From assembly GCA_964016885.1 (NCBI GenBank), contig OZ024742.1, forward strand, positions 89,528,001 to 89,592,000: a stretch of 64,000 bases of DNA, written 5' to 3'. The first letter of the stretch is position 1, and every line of letters begins with the position of its first letter. Both the position numbers and the translations under genes were made by a program. The notes beneath the pieces were generated by a model that worked only from the letters and a program-made list of their open reading frames with translations, did not search any database and had not been told where the DNA came from. The stretch comes from Eledone cirrhosa (taxonomy: Eukaryota). Positions 13,764 through 26,760 of this stretch are shown here, piece by piece.

Positions 13764-13765
<2 letters not shown>
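13200..13765 (+). mobile_element. PLE 3' remnant with directly repeated pseudo-LTR segment and minimal HHR (13643-13678)
   Basis: 13200-13305 is repeated at 13660-13765. HHR reads UCUU-CCGAUGA-AGGAC-UAGC-GUCC-GAAA-CG-UU-AAGA. Confidence 0.65.
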
Positions 13766-13814
<49 letters not shown>

Positions 13815-13816
<2 letters not shown>

Positions 13817-14120
13817 AACGTAGATTTTACATGTGGCCGGTGCTCAGGTGCAATAGGTAGCAAGTGCCCACAGCTTATTAGCTCCGTCTATTGCCCAGAT
13901 TGTTCTATAGAAATAGTGGACACCTTCCGTTACCTGGGTGACAAAATCAACAATATATGTTTTCTGAAAGTACAGTAGCCAGAGTCAGAATAGGATGGAA
14001 AAAGTTCAGAGAGCTTATACCACGATTGGCCACTACAGATTTCTCTCTACAAATGAAAGGCAGACTGTAGGATGCCTGCATACGAACAGCAATGTTACAT
14101 GGCTGTGAATCATAGGCATT
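13815..14120 (+). mobile_element. RTE-clade LINE RT fragment
   Basis: IEIVDTFRYLGDKI...ARVRIGWKKFREL...MKGRL*DACIRTAMLHGCES. Confidence 0.75.
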
Positions 14121-14149
14121 GTGTTCGCTACTGCTGCACTTAGGTTACC

Positions 14150-15005
14150 TTCGTAACGTGCTGTGGGCTCATCCGGGATCCTAAATAGGGCCTTTGGACC
14201 CCTGGCTATTGCAATATCTGCTCCTTATCCTAGATGTGGAAGACGGGACGGGACGTTTGGCACCACACAGTGATGTTCTGTTCGGGAGTTGGTCCAGCTC
14301 CCAATACCAAAGTTCGGTAATAGTCCCTCCAGGATTTTCCCTATGTATAGCACTGCGTATCTCTCCCGTCTTCGTTCCAAGGAGTAGAGGTTCAGTTCTT
14401 TTAGCCTCTCCCAGTAGCTTATCTCCTTCATCGTCGCAACCCTCTTGGTGTAGCTTCGCTGGATTGCCTCAAGCTCCGTGGTTAGTTTGACACTATGGGG
14501 TGACCACAGCTGGGAGCCATAGACCATGAGGCTTAGGACAAATGTCCTCCATACTATCAACATGGTGTCTCGGTCTCTTGTCCAGAAACTCCTCAAGATC
14601 CAGCCAGCGAGTCATCTGCACATTGTCGCCCTTTCCATGATGTGGGAAGAAAAAGATGCATTGTCGCTCATGTCTATTCTCAGGACTCGTATCGATTTCG
14701 AGCGGAATTTCGATCCCTTCTGGCCCGGTGTATCTGTGTTGTATTGTCTCTGTATTTGCAGGTTTGTATTGTAGACCTTGAAATTTTCCAGCATTAAACT
14801 GGATATTGTTGTCCTCAGCCCATTTGTATATGGCATCCAGATCTTGTTGTAAAATGGCAGCATCAGCCGAGTTTTTGATTGCCTGTGCTACCTTAGTGTC
14901 ATCAGCATAGCTAGTGGGGGATGTTTTATGTACTACATAGGGCATATTTGAGAAAGCCACCAAAAACGGTAGTGGGCCCAAGACTGTGCCCTGGGTCACC
15001 CCACT
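14150..15005 (-). mobile_element. CR1/L2-group LINE 3' RT fragment
   Basis: QGTVLGPLPFL...YADDTK...LQQDLDAIYKWAEDNNIQFNAGK...YGSQLWSP...LEAIQRSYTK...YWERLKELNLYSLERRRERY. Confidence 0.88.
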
Positions 15006-15120
15006 TGTTATTGATGTTTCCTTTGAGAGGGCCCTTTTAGGAAATCATGCAGCCACTCACATACTTTTCCAGTTATGCCGAGGTTGTGTAGTTTGTGACA
15101 TATCATTCCGTGGTCGACCA

Positions 15121-15222
15121 TATAAAAGGCCTTCGCAAAGTCAAGATATATTACGTCTAACTGTGAGCTGTCCAACAGTTGTTTCAGTACCCAGCATGGC
15201 CTCAGCCGGATGGCTGGAACAG
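15121..15222 (+). promoter_or_regulatory. Candidate TATA box plus short first coding exon (MASAGWLEQ), possibly of the galaxin-like gene
   Basis: TATAAAAGG at 15121, AGCATGG Kozak-like start at 15196 and CAG|GTAAAA donor at 15222/15223, in a stretch not assignable to a repeat. The link to the 21437 exon is unproven and the phases need an intervening exon. Confidence 0.25.
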
Positions 15223-15386
15223 GTAAAAGAGTTTAAGAGTAATTTATATATGTATATGCGCGCGCGTGTGTGCGTGTGTAAATATATTTATATATATATA
15301 TATGTATATATTTATATATATATATACGTATATATATATATGTGTGTATGTGTGTGTCAGTGTGTGTGTGTTTGTCTTTGTGTATG

Positions 15387-15427
<41 letters not shown>

Positions 15428-15758
15428 CAAATAGTCTATTGCCCTATATAGCTGAATACAATAAATATAATCTGAGTTTTTGAATATTAATAATAATGTT
15501 CGATTCGGTTGCTGTTATGCAAAAATCCTCTTTAAAGCCATGTCAGTAGAATTTACCCGCCATTCCTGCTCTTGTGTTGGCATGTAAACTAAACTGCAGA
15601 CACTAATGTTTCTGGCTGATTACTCTTCATCAGTAGAGTATACTGCCAACTGTCAGAGCTATTGAAAATATATGATTTATCTATCTATCTATCTATATAT
15701 CCATATATATACATACATACATATATATATTTATGTATATATATATATATATATATAT

Positions 15759-17655
15759 ACTGTTATACTTTGGGAGGGTCATGTTGCCAATAAGAAACAC
15801 ACGCACCAGTTGCTTTCACTTCAATTTATTATAATAAATTTATAAATTTAGCAAGTTATAAATTTCTGGTTGGTTGGTTGGTTCCACAACCAAATAGTTG
15901 TTTATATATTGTCAAAGTTCTTTCGTCACACATTCTGTGACATCTTCAGTGATTGGGGATTCTTTTCTTTCTTTTTTGCCTCTCCTTTGTTCTGTTCTAC
16001 GCCATTTTGTTTCTGTGTGTCTGGTGTGTGCTCAGTCTGCGGATGCGCCACATCCGGGTGTCTGTGTGTGTTTGTATTCGTTTATTTATTTGTTTATTTA
16101 CATGTTACCGGTTGGTTGTTTGTTCTATGTGCGTGTGTGTTTTCATTTTGTCCTTAATTGTAAGTTGTGATGTTGCTGTTCTACTCATATTTTCTATTTA
16201 ATTTTGGTTGTAATTCTTTTATGTTTATTGCCTCTGTGATTTGTCTAAACATTGCGTCTTTTCTGTGTGTAGATTCTATTTTTATTTCTATGTTCTCTAA
16301 TTTAACCTTATATTCTATTTTAGCATGTTGGTATAGTACAGATGATTCTTTACTATCTTGAATGTCTCGCCAGTGTTCATTTATCCGTTCCTCTACACTA
16401 CGAGCTGTCTCACCTATCTACACTATATTTTTGTCTCTACATTGTTCTCCAGTACATCTTATGCTATATACTACATTTCTAGTTTTACAGTTAATATGGG
16501 GGCTTATTTTACAGGTTATACATTTCTTATCTATACAGGGGAGTCTTTGAAAAAGGGTATGTCTTGCTAATAAGTGTTTTTACGGAGGTACCTGGTCTTT
16601 CTACTATCTTAATATTGAGTTTATGTTTATCTAGGGCCCTTCTAAATGTGTAAGCTAATTCACCTCTAGGGGTTGTATCGATGAACATTACTCTCTGGTA
16701 TTTATTGCTATCATACCATGAGTTTATTCTATTAGCCTTATTCCTAGTTCTTTCTATTCTATTCCAAAATGTGCTCCTATACAAGGGGCCGGTCCCATTT
16801 GTGTCATTATTTACCATTTTTTCCCATCTGGTTCTGGTTCCTCTATACACTCTGATTTTATCTCTCTGATTGTAACCAGAGAACTGCATACGGTGGATGA
16901 AGTGATTTATGTGTCTCTCTAGTTCTTCGGGGTTGCACATGCGGGACAGGTTTCTCATCACCCGTACCAAATCCGCAATCACTATGTTGACTTTGGTATG
17001 GTCCGAAACAGCTGAGTTTCGGTGGATCAGATGTTTGGAAGTCATGGGTTTGGCATAATGGGAATGGAGCATTTGTTTTTTGTTATTAATGGTATCTAAC
17101 CAGAGCTCTGTGTCTAGTACAGGTAATCGATGGTTGGGGTGTTTACTTGGGTAGTCTATATTAACTCTAATACTCTGGTGGATGGAGTTAGCTATTTGCT
17201 GGATGCTTTCCATTGTGTTTTTCTCTAATTCCTGACTGTTCTCTAGTGGGATGTCTTAACTACGATGTTTATATCATCAACGTAGCGGGAGTACATTACC
17301 AGGGTTAAGGGGTATTCTAATTGTTCTTTAAGTTTAAGTTTAAGTCTACTGTCCCGCCATACCATGAATAAGTTAGCTATGTCGCCTGCAATGCTGACAC
17401 CAATGGCTGCTCCTTCCTCTTGGGCATATGTTTTTCCATTAAATTTGAACATATGTTCCTTAAGGGTTAGCTTTATGCTTGCCCCTACCGCATGTGCAAT
17501 CATTTTCTTCAATTCATCGTGGTTTTCGGGTGTCCGTATGGCTCTGGTCCACCAATTCCATCTATTTGTGTGGGTTTCCTTGGTAGGTGGTCTGCCCTTG
17601 CTGGTCTTGTAGGGCACAGGTTGCTAAGGTCATATGTGTCTAGGTAATTATTACT
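15759..17655 (-). mobile_element. Inverted 3' duplicate (~1.9 kb) of the adjacent Penelope-like element
   Basis: Reverse complement of ~19270-21184. ORFs 17243-17617 and 16527-17213 match 19356-20228 (YSRYVDD). GIY-YIG reads NVVYSIRC...VYIGETARSVEERINEH. HHR at 15911-15953. Confidence 0.95.
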
Positions 17656-17659
17656 CTAG

Positions 17660-20600
17660 GTAAGTTTGAGTAGGATCTACAAATATATACGGCAACACAG
17701 CAATAGATCCTGATGAATTATCTGTATTACAGCTACCGCCGAAATTTGCGACATTCAAGAAGGTAAATATGATTAGTTGTCTGTCAGAAATAGAAAAGTC
17801 ATTTACAAAATTACGTTGAAGCCTCAAAAACAAAAACAAAAACAAAAGTAACAACATACGCACACACATATACAACACACATCCCAACAACAACAGACAC
17901 ACAGACACAAACAACAATAACAACAACACACACACCAACAATAATAACATACTCAGAAACAACAACAACAGACACGCAGACACAAACAACAATAACAACA
18001 CACACAACAATAATAACACACACGGAGACAACAACAACAACACACATCAACAACAGCACACATCAACAACAACAACACACACACATTCAATGCCTGTCAC
18101 CACCACCACAATCTTAACAAACACACAGACACAGAAAACAAGTAATGACAGTAGCACAGAAATCACAGAAATAAGGGAAAGTAATAGGATTAAAAGGAGA
18201 AGGGAGACTATGGACAAACAAAATAACCAAGACGAACACACAGACACACAAAATAGAGTAGATAATAACAATGAGCCAGTGGAAAGAGGCAGGAGTAATA
18301 ATGAGAGACATAGAAACAACCATGAGGCTGTTGGTGGAAATAGAAATAGAAACAACACAACTAACAATAACAATAGCACTAGTACACATAACGCAGCAGC
18401 CTGGAACTCTACTTTTTATAATCCCTCCGATAAGTCGTTCGACCTGCGACGAGTCCAGGCCACGACTTTACCATTTAACAAACGCACGCAATTTCCGTCG
18501 CAGGTCGATGAACAAACAGAACCACAATTTAGTATAGCTAGATCCGGACTTAGAAATATTATAGAACAGTATAGCAAGAAGCATAATAGAATGGAGGCCC
18601 AGCAACTGGGAGAAAAATCTGCAAATGGCTTGCGTAAGCTCATGCAGCGCTCGCGTAATGGAGAGCTAGCATGCTTTCCAACAGACAAGTCTGGCAGAAT
18701 GTCGGTTGACAGCCTGCCAAACTACATCCAGGCAATGCAACCCCACATCACTGACACAAGAGAGGTAACACCACAGGAGCATGAGGATAGAGAAAAAGCC
18801 CTCAATGCCCATATGGTGATGTGGGCGAATATAATGCAGCCCAACAAAAGGACTGCCAACAACTTCCAGGCCTGGAACAATGACGTGCCGATCGTTGTAT
18901 GGGCTTCGAAAAGACCATAAAACGGGCAGTGACCCTGTCACGGGACCACCAACACGGCCAGTCTGTGGAGCTAACATTGCTAGTAACTACAGACTGTCCT
19001 ACTTCCTCTCCCTGATCATACGCCCCATCATTGAAATGTCCCCATATGTATGCGACAGCACGGAGGACCTCCTCAGCAGAATCGGCGAGAGTAACCGATC
19101 TAGGGACCTAACAAACTGCATAATAGGTAGTATGGATGTTGTGTCCCTGTATCCATCTATTGACGTGGATTTTGCTGTGGAGAAATGCGTAGAAATGATC
19201 AGTGAGAACAATGTTGAGTTCCGTGGGATTGATACCAGTGAGCTGGGACACCTACTCAAACATACCTATAGTAATAATTACCTAGACACATGTGACCTTA
19301 GAGAAACCTGTGCCCTACAAGACCAGCAAGAGGCAGACCACCTACCATTACCTCAATGGCCAAGAAAACCCACACAGATAGTTGGAACGGGTGGAGCAGA
19401 GCCATACGGACACACGAAAACCACGATGAACTGAAGAAAATGATTGCACTTGCGGTAGGGGCCAGCATAAAACTAAACGTTAAGGAAAATATGTTCAAAT
19501 TTAATGGAAAAACATATGCCCAAGAGGAAGGAGCAGCCATTGGTGTTAGCATTGTAGGCGACATAGCTAACTTATTCATGGTATGGTGGGACAGTAGACT
19601 TAAACTTAAACTTAAAGAACAATTAGAATACCCCTTAATCCTGGTAATGTACTCCCGCTACGTTGATGATATAAACATCGTAGTTAAGACATCCCCACTA
19701 GAGAACAGTCAGGAATTAGAGAAAAACACAATGGAAAGCATCCAGCAAATAGCTAACTCCATCCACCAGAGTATTAGAGTTACTATAGACTACCCAAGTA
19801 AACACCCCAACCATCGATTACCTGTACTAGACACAGAGCTCTGGTTAGATACCATTAATAACAAAAAACAAATCCTCCATTCCCATTATGCCAAACCCAT
19901 GACTTCCAAACATCTGTTCCACCGAAACTCAGCTGTTTCGGACCATACCAAAATCAACATACTGATTGCGGATTTGGTACGGGTGATGAGAAACGTGTCC
20001 CGCATGTGCAACCCCGAAGAACTAAAGAGACACATACAACACTTCATCCACCGTATGCAGTTCTCTGGTTACAATCAGAGAGATAAAATCAGAGTTTATA
20101 GAGGAGCCAGAACCAAATGGGAAAAAATGGTAAATAATGACACAAATGGGACCTGCCCCTTGTATAGGAGCAAATTTTGGAATAGAATAGAAAGAACTAG
20201 GAATAAGGCTAATAGAATAAACTCATGATATGATGGCAATAAATACCATAGTGTAATGTTCATCGATACAACCCCTAGAGGTGAATTAGCTTACAAATTT
20301 AGAAGGGCCCTAGATAAACATAAACTCAATATTAAGATAGTAGAAAGACCAGGTACCTCCGTAAAAACACTTATTAGCAAGACATACCCTTTTCAAAGAC
20401 ACCATGTATAGATAAGAAATGTATAACCTGTAAAATAAGCCCCCATATTAACTGTAAAACTAGAAATGTAGTATATAGCATAAGATGTACTGAAGAACAA
20501 TGTAGAGACAAAAATATAGTGTAGATAGGTGAGACAGCTCGTAGTGTAGAGGAACGGATAAATGAACACTGGCGAGACCTTCAAGATAATAAAGAATCAT

Positions 20601-21184
20601 CTGTACTCTACCAACATGCTAAAATAGAACATAAGGGTAAATTAGAGAACATAGAAATAAAAATAGAATCTACACACAGAAAAGAAGCAATGATTAGACA
20701 AATCACAGAGGCAATAAACATAAAAGAATTACAACCAAAATTAAATAGAAAATATGAGTGGAACAGCACCATCACAACTTACAATTAAGGACAAAATGAA
20801 AACACACACGCACATAGAACAAACAACCAACCGGTAACATGTAAATAAACAAATAAATAAACGAATACAAACACACACAGACACCCGGATGTGGCGCATC
20901 CGCAGACTGAGCACACAACACACACACAGAAACAAAATGGCGTAGGACAGAACAAAGGAGAGGCACACAAACAAAGAAAAGAATCCCCAGTCACTGAAGA
21001 GGTCACAGAATGTGTGACGAAAGAACTTTGACAATATATAAACAACTATCTGGTTGTAGAACCAACCAACCAACCAGAAATTTATAAATTCCCAAATTTA
21101 TAAATTTATTATAATAAATTGTAGTGAAAGCAACTGGTGCGTGGGTTTCTTATTGGCAACATGACCCTCCCAAAGTATAACAAT
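17660..21184 (+). mobile_element. Near full-length Penelope-like retroelement (RT + GIY-YIG), inactivated
   Basis: PTDKSGR, LYGLRKDHK, PTRPVCG, SMDVVSLYPSID, QEEGAAIG, YSRYVDD, LPVLDT motifs, then C-terminal GIY-YIG. Frameshifts near 18890 and 19310-19360; stops at 20226 and ~20523. Confidence 0.95.
20990..21032 (+). ncRNA. Minimal type I hammerhead ribozyme in PLE pseudo-LTR
   Basis: GUCA-CUGAAGA-G-GUCAC-AGAAUGU-GUGAC-GAAA-GAAC-UU-UGAC. Homologues at 15911-15953 (-) and 47378-47420 (-). Confidence 0.75.
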
Positions 21185-21240
21185 ATCGGTTTCAACACAC
21201 GTTTTCAGATAAAGAATCTTGCTAAACAAATTCAGAAACG

Positions 21241-21350
<110 letters not shown>

Positions 21351-21436
21351 CAAGTGTAAATGTGTATCAACTTTACTTATATAGTTGCCAAATTTAAACA
21401 TAAACAATATTAACATTCGCTTTTTTATTATTTTAG

Positions 21437-22083
21437 GTTATGGTTACTGTGGTACCCAGGTGTATAACCCTGCGACTCAAATTTGCTGTGAATCTCAGGT
21501 TTTATCCAAATATGGATTGAAGAGTCCTGCTTGCTGTGGAAGTGTAGTATTTGATGGGGAAGATAAATTATGTTGCGCTGGTACTTTAATAAATAAGGCA
21601 CCAACCGTGAATGCATGTTGTGGCAACGCGGGGATAGATGCATCTTTTAAGGTCTGTTGTAGGGGGGCAATTGTAAACAGGAAAAATAATGTATGTTGTG
21701 GTGGGGTAAAAATTAATAGAGAAACTGTAGCTGATGGTTGTTGCGGGTCAGATCGTATCAATACATACAAAGAACTTTGCTGTGGTGGGGTTATAGAGGT
21801 GATCGCAACCAGCTTTCCTGGAGGTTCTAATGTCATAGAAAACACATACGCTTGTTGTGGATCCAACATTTACAAAACAACTGTAAACGAATGTGTCGCT
21901 GGAAATATCAGGCCAAAGCATGTCCATTATCCACATCCACCAATGCTACCATCCAGTATACCAATACCACCACCCCAACTCCCAATATCGCATCCCCATC
22001 TACCAATATCACATCCCCAACTACCAATACTACCACCCCAACTACCACTATATCCATGGTGGACACGGCCGGGGTGGCAATAA
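21437..22083 (+). CDS. Galaxin-like Cys-Cys repeat protein, terminal exon, with Pro/His-rich heptad C-terminus
   Basis: Open frame with CC dipeptides every ~12-14 aa (YCGTQVYNPATQICCESQV...CCGSVVFDGEDKLCCAG...CCGNAGIDASFKVCC...), typical of galaxin repeats. Polypyrimidine acceptor TTATTATTTTAG ends at 21436 (phase 1). TAA at 22081-22083; AATAAA at 22099 and 22112. No in-frame Met, so upstream exon(s) are needed. Confidence 0.85.
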
Positions 22084-22098
22084 GCTTTGCTTGATATC

Positions 22099-22117
22099 AA
22101 TAAATGCATTCAATAAA
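22099..22117 (+). terminator. Tandem polyadenylation signals of the galaxin-like gene
   Basis: AATAAA at 22099-22104 and 22112-22117, followed by the GU/U-rich tract TGTTTTGTCTGTTTATTTTGTTTT. Confidence 0.7.
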
Positions 22118-22539
22118 CATATATGAATCCATGTTTTGTCTGTTTATTTTGTTTTATATATAGCATATATTTGTCCGGAATTTTAGATAGTATTTCAACC
22201 TCTTTAGTTATGGAGGAGAAAAATATCAAACGTATTCTAGCGGCAAAGATCACTTCAAATATATTCTCAAAAAACAGTATTTCAAGAGCCATGTCTTCCA
22301 TTAATTATCCGTGATTCAAACTTTCCAATCATAAAAAAATATTTAAAAGGTAAATAAACAAGGTGAAATTGTAAACGAGAGGGTTGCTTGAACCAGAAAT
22401 GTAGTGTGTCGAGAGTGAAAACGTTAAATGGTTATTGAAAGGTTTTGCTCGCACAACTGACTAGTTAACATTTCCACACAGACGAGTGGGAGCTCTGTCA
22501 GCTTGACATCGTAATTTATTTGTCTTAGAAGGTTGACTT

Positions 22540-24470
22540 CTAAGACTAATGAACATCATATTCCCACAAATCTTGAACCTGTTGTTGGCTTTTCGTTCAT
22601 CAATCAAGTATTCTCAGTATACTACCCAATGCTCATTTGCATGATATTCTATTGCTTTATTATTATTGCCGCATCTTAATGACTTGAAACAATTAGTTTA
22701 AGAAAGGAAAAGATAATGGTTATTGATCATTCGAAAATCCAATCGCATAGACCAAACATAATTCATCTTAACCAGTCAAAGACAAATAATTCAAAACTGT
22801 GGATTTATGAATAGAGTAAACATTGGGAAAGATCGTAGAATAGTTAGGACAAAATTTAGAATAAACCAAAATTAGCAAGACTTCAAATTATAAATAAAGA
22901 AACTAAAAATTATAAATAGCGTCGATAAGATTTCTAAATAGAGCTAAGTATATTATTAGTGTCAAAATAGAGAATTGATGGAAGTAATTTGTCAGCATTC
23001 TTTAAAACGAAATATGAAACGCTGCAATGATAATAGAAGTTGGCATCATTTTCAACAAATAGATTTAGTAGTTAAGATGGAAATAGATGGTAAATAGCAT
23101 AGCTAGACAGTAGAAGAAATAAAGCTGAATAGAAACTGTACAGAATTATATTCTGGAAAAGTAGAATATTCGGAAAAAGCGTTTTGAAAGATGAGATTAA
23201 TTCGTACCTAACAAATCTTTCATGTAACAGGCATAAAAATAGAGACAGAAAATCAATATGGTTAAGCTCTCCCTAGTACATAAGCGTAAAGGTAAACGTA
23301 GATAAGAAGTTCTTAGAAAATGAGAAAACTTGGACGAAAAAGACGGAGACCATCAGACGCCCCCAAAAAGGGAAAATTTAGAAACGATTTTGGAGAGCGG
23401 AGTAAGCATAAATAAAATAGAAAATGAAACGTACAAAAGTAGAATAAAAATTTGAGGAAAAGAAATAAATATTTAAAGTAGTCTATAATCGAGATATTAA
23501 ATACATGTTTAAAACTTATATCAGATACTACATAGTTTGCCATTAAATGACATATCTGTCAACCACAAGGAACTACCATTACACATTTATTCTGTAGAGA
23601 CTAAAGACAATATAGATGTAACCATCTCAATAGACATAATAAAAATACGATGACACCTATAATAATATATAACAAAATACAACAGCCAAGATACACCTGG
23701 GTGGTGACTGCTCAAAGACGTTCCTTATACAACGTAGTTTCATCTAACCGCAAAGTGGAATATTGTTAACTGGAGAGCACTCAAGAGATTTAAGTTTTGT
23801 AGATGACAGGAATCCTCACAAATACAGCTATGAGATTTAAATGACGTCTATACCAAATGTATAGAAAAAAATAAACATTTTCGGTTTGAACATTCAGAAT
23901 GAGAAACCAGGTACAAAACAATGCAGCAACACACAGTAAGAGATTAAAAGAAAAGACACTTTAATAAAGAATGTAAATAATTATGAATATCTAGGTCAGA
24001 ATTATCAGACAAAGCAAAGAAATAAATTTGAGAACAAGAACAATGGTGAGATAAATTTGTTTAAGAAGGAACGATAATATATACGGCGATAAGATTACCT
24101 ATGTTGGTGAAAAGGAATGTGTTCAATCACTAATGTTTGCACTGTTGTATATGCAAGGGGAACGTGGAAGACATACCAGAGTTATGTGCTTGTGTGTGAA
24201 GAAAGGGATGAGAAAGAGGACAGTAATTAGAAATATACTTAAGGAAATAACAATGAAAAACAAAGTAAAGGTCGGCAGTAAGTTTTAAACAAAACGGCAG
24301 ACGATAGGTGGACAAAGAGAACCACTGACTGGATTACAGGAGAGAGATGGAAATAGAGCAATAAACAGAAATTCATGAAGACGAACAGGAGAAGTACAAG
24401 ACAAATTTGAACAAGAATAGCGTTGAACATAAAGTATGTAAGGGGCGTCAAAAGGGATACGTTCAGGAAT
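22540..24470 (+). mobile_element. Highly decayed RTE-clade LINE
   Basis: Scattered remnants in the expected order: GKDRRIVR (APE end), LSFVDD, VNNYEYLGQ, KRNVFNH, WTKRTTDW. Confidence 0.55.
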
Positions 24471-25254
24471 GAGATGCCAAGCCCTAAAGAAGTGCGCGGC
24501 TATCTCTGGCAACAACATATATACGGCCGAGACAAAAGAGTGCAAGATATATAGCTAAGGGCTCTGTGATTCATATCGTTCCAGTGATGTTTCCTGAGAC
24601 CATATGTAATGTACGTAACTCTCATTAGCTGAGGCTACAAAGATTGAAGTGTGTAATTGACTAGAGAGAAAATGAGCACAATTCCATTAGATTGAGTTTG
24701 GCTATAGGGGTTAATCTATCGCCAAGTTTAAAACCATCACCGCTGGCATGATTTCTTTTTGTGATGAGCCTGGAGATTTTGAATAATATTATTGGTTTTT
24801 TTTAAATGCTTCAAACTATCAATCGTATTAGATGCAAATATGTCAGTGGTGAATTTCCTATGTATAATTCTAAATCGGTCCAATGGCTTGATTTTTCTGT
24901 ATAGATTTACCAGCGTAATTTGAGTTACATCTTAATTGCCTACCAGCACGAGCGCTTATTATATATGAATTAGAATGTCCATTTTCAGACGGAAACAAAC
25001 AAAGAAAAGACGTCGCTCCTATGGCACTACGAAAAAGTTGACATTTCTATCACGTAGAACTAGACATCACACAGATCTTAAATCTTTCATTATATTTATC
25101 TTGCTGTATAACAATTCTATACAGTTTTTAATTATGATAATCTTAACTACACTAGTAATGGCGACGCTGGGTTACGCAGTAATAAGCATAACTACTGCTG
25201 CTGCCCACCAAATGTAAGAAGAAAAAGTTAAAGAGAAGAGAAAAATTAAACAAT

Positions 25255-26760
25255 AATTCCAACCTATCGCACTGAGCAAAGTCCTCCGACATCTTGTAGC
25301 CAAGATAGCTTGTAAGTCAGTCAAATATGACCTGGGCGAGGCGCTAAGCTCTGTTCAGCTCGGAGTGAGAGCTGTGTGGATGTAAGGTGGCAGCACATGC
25401 AGCTAGATACTTCTTGGACACATGCCTCTTTCGACATTCTACCTCCTAAATAAGTAGAAAACGAGAAACGCTTTCAACAGCGGAAGGCGAGATCACGTCT
25501 TAGACGAGCCCCTTTGATATTCCCTCATGTTCACCTCTCGTACGGGACACCAAACATACTCATTGCCGCTGACAACAAGGTCACTTCTGCTACAGATATC
25601 CAGCATGAAGACGAACTTGTTCCGCTCCTCTTTGTGCTGGCAGGCGTAAGGTTTCCCACTCTGCCGGTCGCCCTTCATTGGCTTGTACCTGGACTACGTG
25701 ACCCCTAGGGGCTCAGTTGAGTCGGCAGTTACTTCTACGACGCCATACACAGCATCCACCCCGTATTGTCCGGAGCTCGGCCTATGCCCAAAGACTATGT
25801 CTGCTTTCACGGCTCTCCAATTCTCTTGACAACCATACTAGAGTGCCTGGAGACCAAGCACGCAGACCTGTTTAGGATGACAGAGAGGCGCCCTTCCTCC
25901 TGATGGACTGCCTTCCCGTTTCTAACTTCTTGTTAACACACTCGTCTCTCTCTCGTAGATCACCTCGGTGAACTTGATGCCACTATGCCACGCTGTGTGG
26001 AACTCATCCGTAACGTTAGTTTCGACAGTGCCGGCTGGCAAAAGGCGAGACTCCCTGTGGGGTTTAGTGGCCTCGGCCTCCATCTGCACCAAATCTGGCC
26101 TGCTTCTCCTCAAATCTACCTTCATAGGGCTCGATTCAGGCTTAAAGCAATACAGCCTCGCCTGCCTCTGTCCCGCTTCGCAGTCAAACAGCGGCACGTG
26201 CATCAATTCAGTGCCCCCTTCATCAACCGGTAGCTTTCTTGATGATGTGTGCACTCGAATCGGAATGGCCCAAGGCCTCGGCTTCCGCATGTGTGGACCA
26301 CACGCATGCCGTTGTGGAGCTGTCATCGATTAATTCGACCTGAACCTACAATCATGCCACCACAATGCAAGCCAGTTTCCCCTAGATACCGCTGTCAACG
26401 ACATAATGAGAAGAAGCTTAGAGGCAGCCGGTTTCCCATTACAACTGGAGCCAGTAGACGTCGACCATGGAGTCGGCAAGAGACACGGCGGAATTACTTT
26501 CTTTCCATTAGAGAGAGGTAAATCTGGAACGCGACACACTGCGATACGATCTCCACATTGAACTCAGTCGCTTCGACCAAAAATCTTGCATGCTATGCAG
26601 AGGACAGAAAGCCAAGCAAATACACGAGCTGGACCACCCGGTTCCTCCTTGCACCGGTCGTCATCGAAACTTCAGGCGTCCTCCGATTCCATACAGCTGA
26701 CTTCCTCTGTAGAATCGCAGATATAACATTACCGTGCACGTGGGCTGCTCAGCACACTTC
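25255..26760 (+). mobile_element. Decayed CRE-like non-LTR retrotransposon (RT, Cys/His knuckle, REL endonuclease)
   Basis: PIALSKVLRHLVAKIAC...QLGV...AAHAARYF...NAFNS...ELVPLLFVLA...ARLPVGFSGLGL...RIG...CGPHACRCGAVID...AVNDIMRRSLEAAGFPLQLEP...APVVIETSG. Confidence 0.8.

Noticed and set aside
17825-18400. Hydrophobic V/L/C-rich minus-strand ORFs as membrane proteins
   Set aside because: They are the antisense of the (CAA/CA)-rich low-complexity N-terminal region of the PLE.
20226-20228. In-frame TGA in the large PLE as possible selenocysteine or readthrough
   Set aside because: The inverted duplicate has TGG (Trp) at this position, so it is an ordinary nonsense mutation.
21385-21436. N-terminal 17 aa of the 232-aa ORF as the real start of the galaxin-like protein
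   Set aside because: It begins at TTG and consists of an AT-rich polypyrimidine tract ending in AG, so it is intronic.
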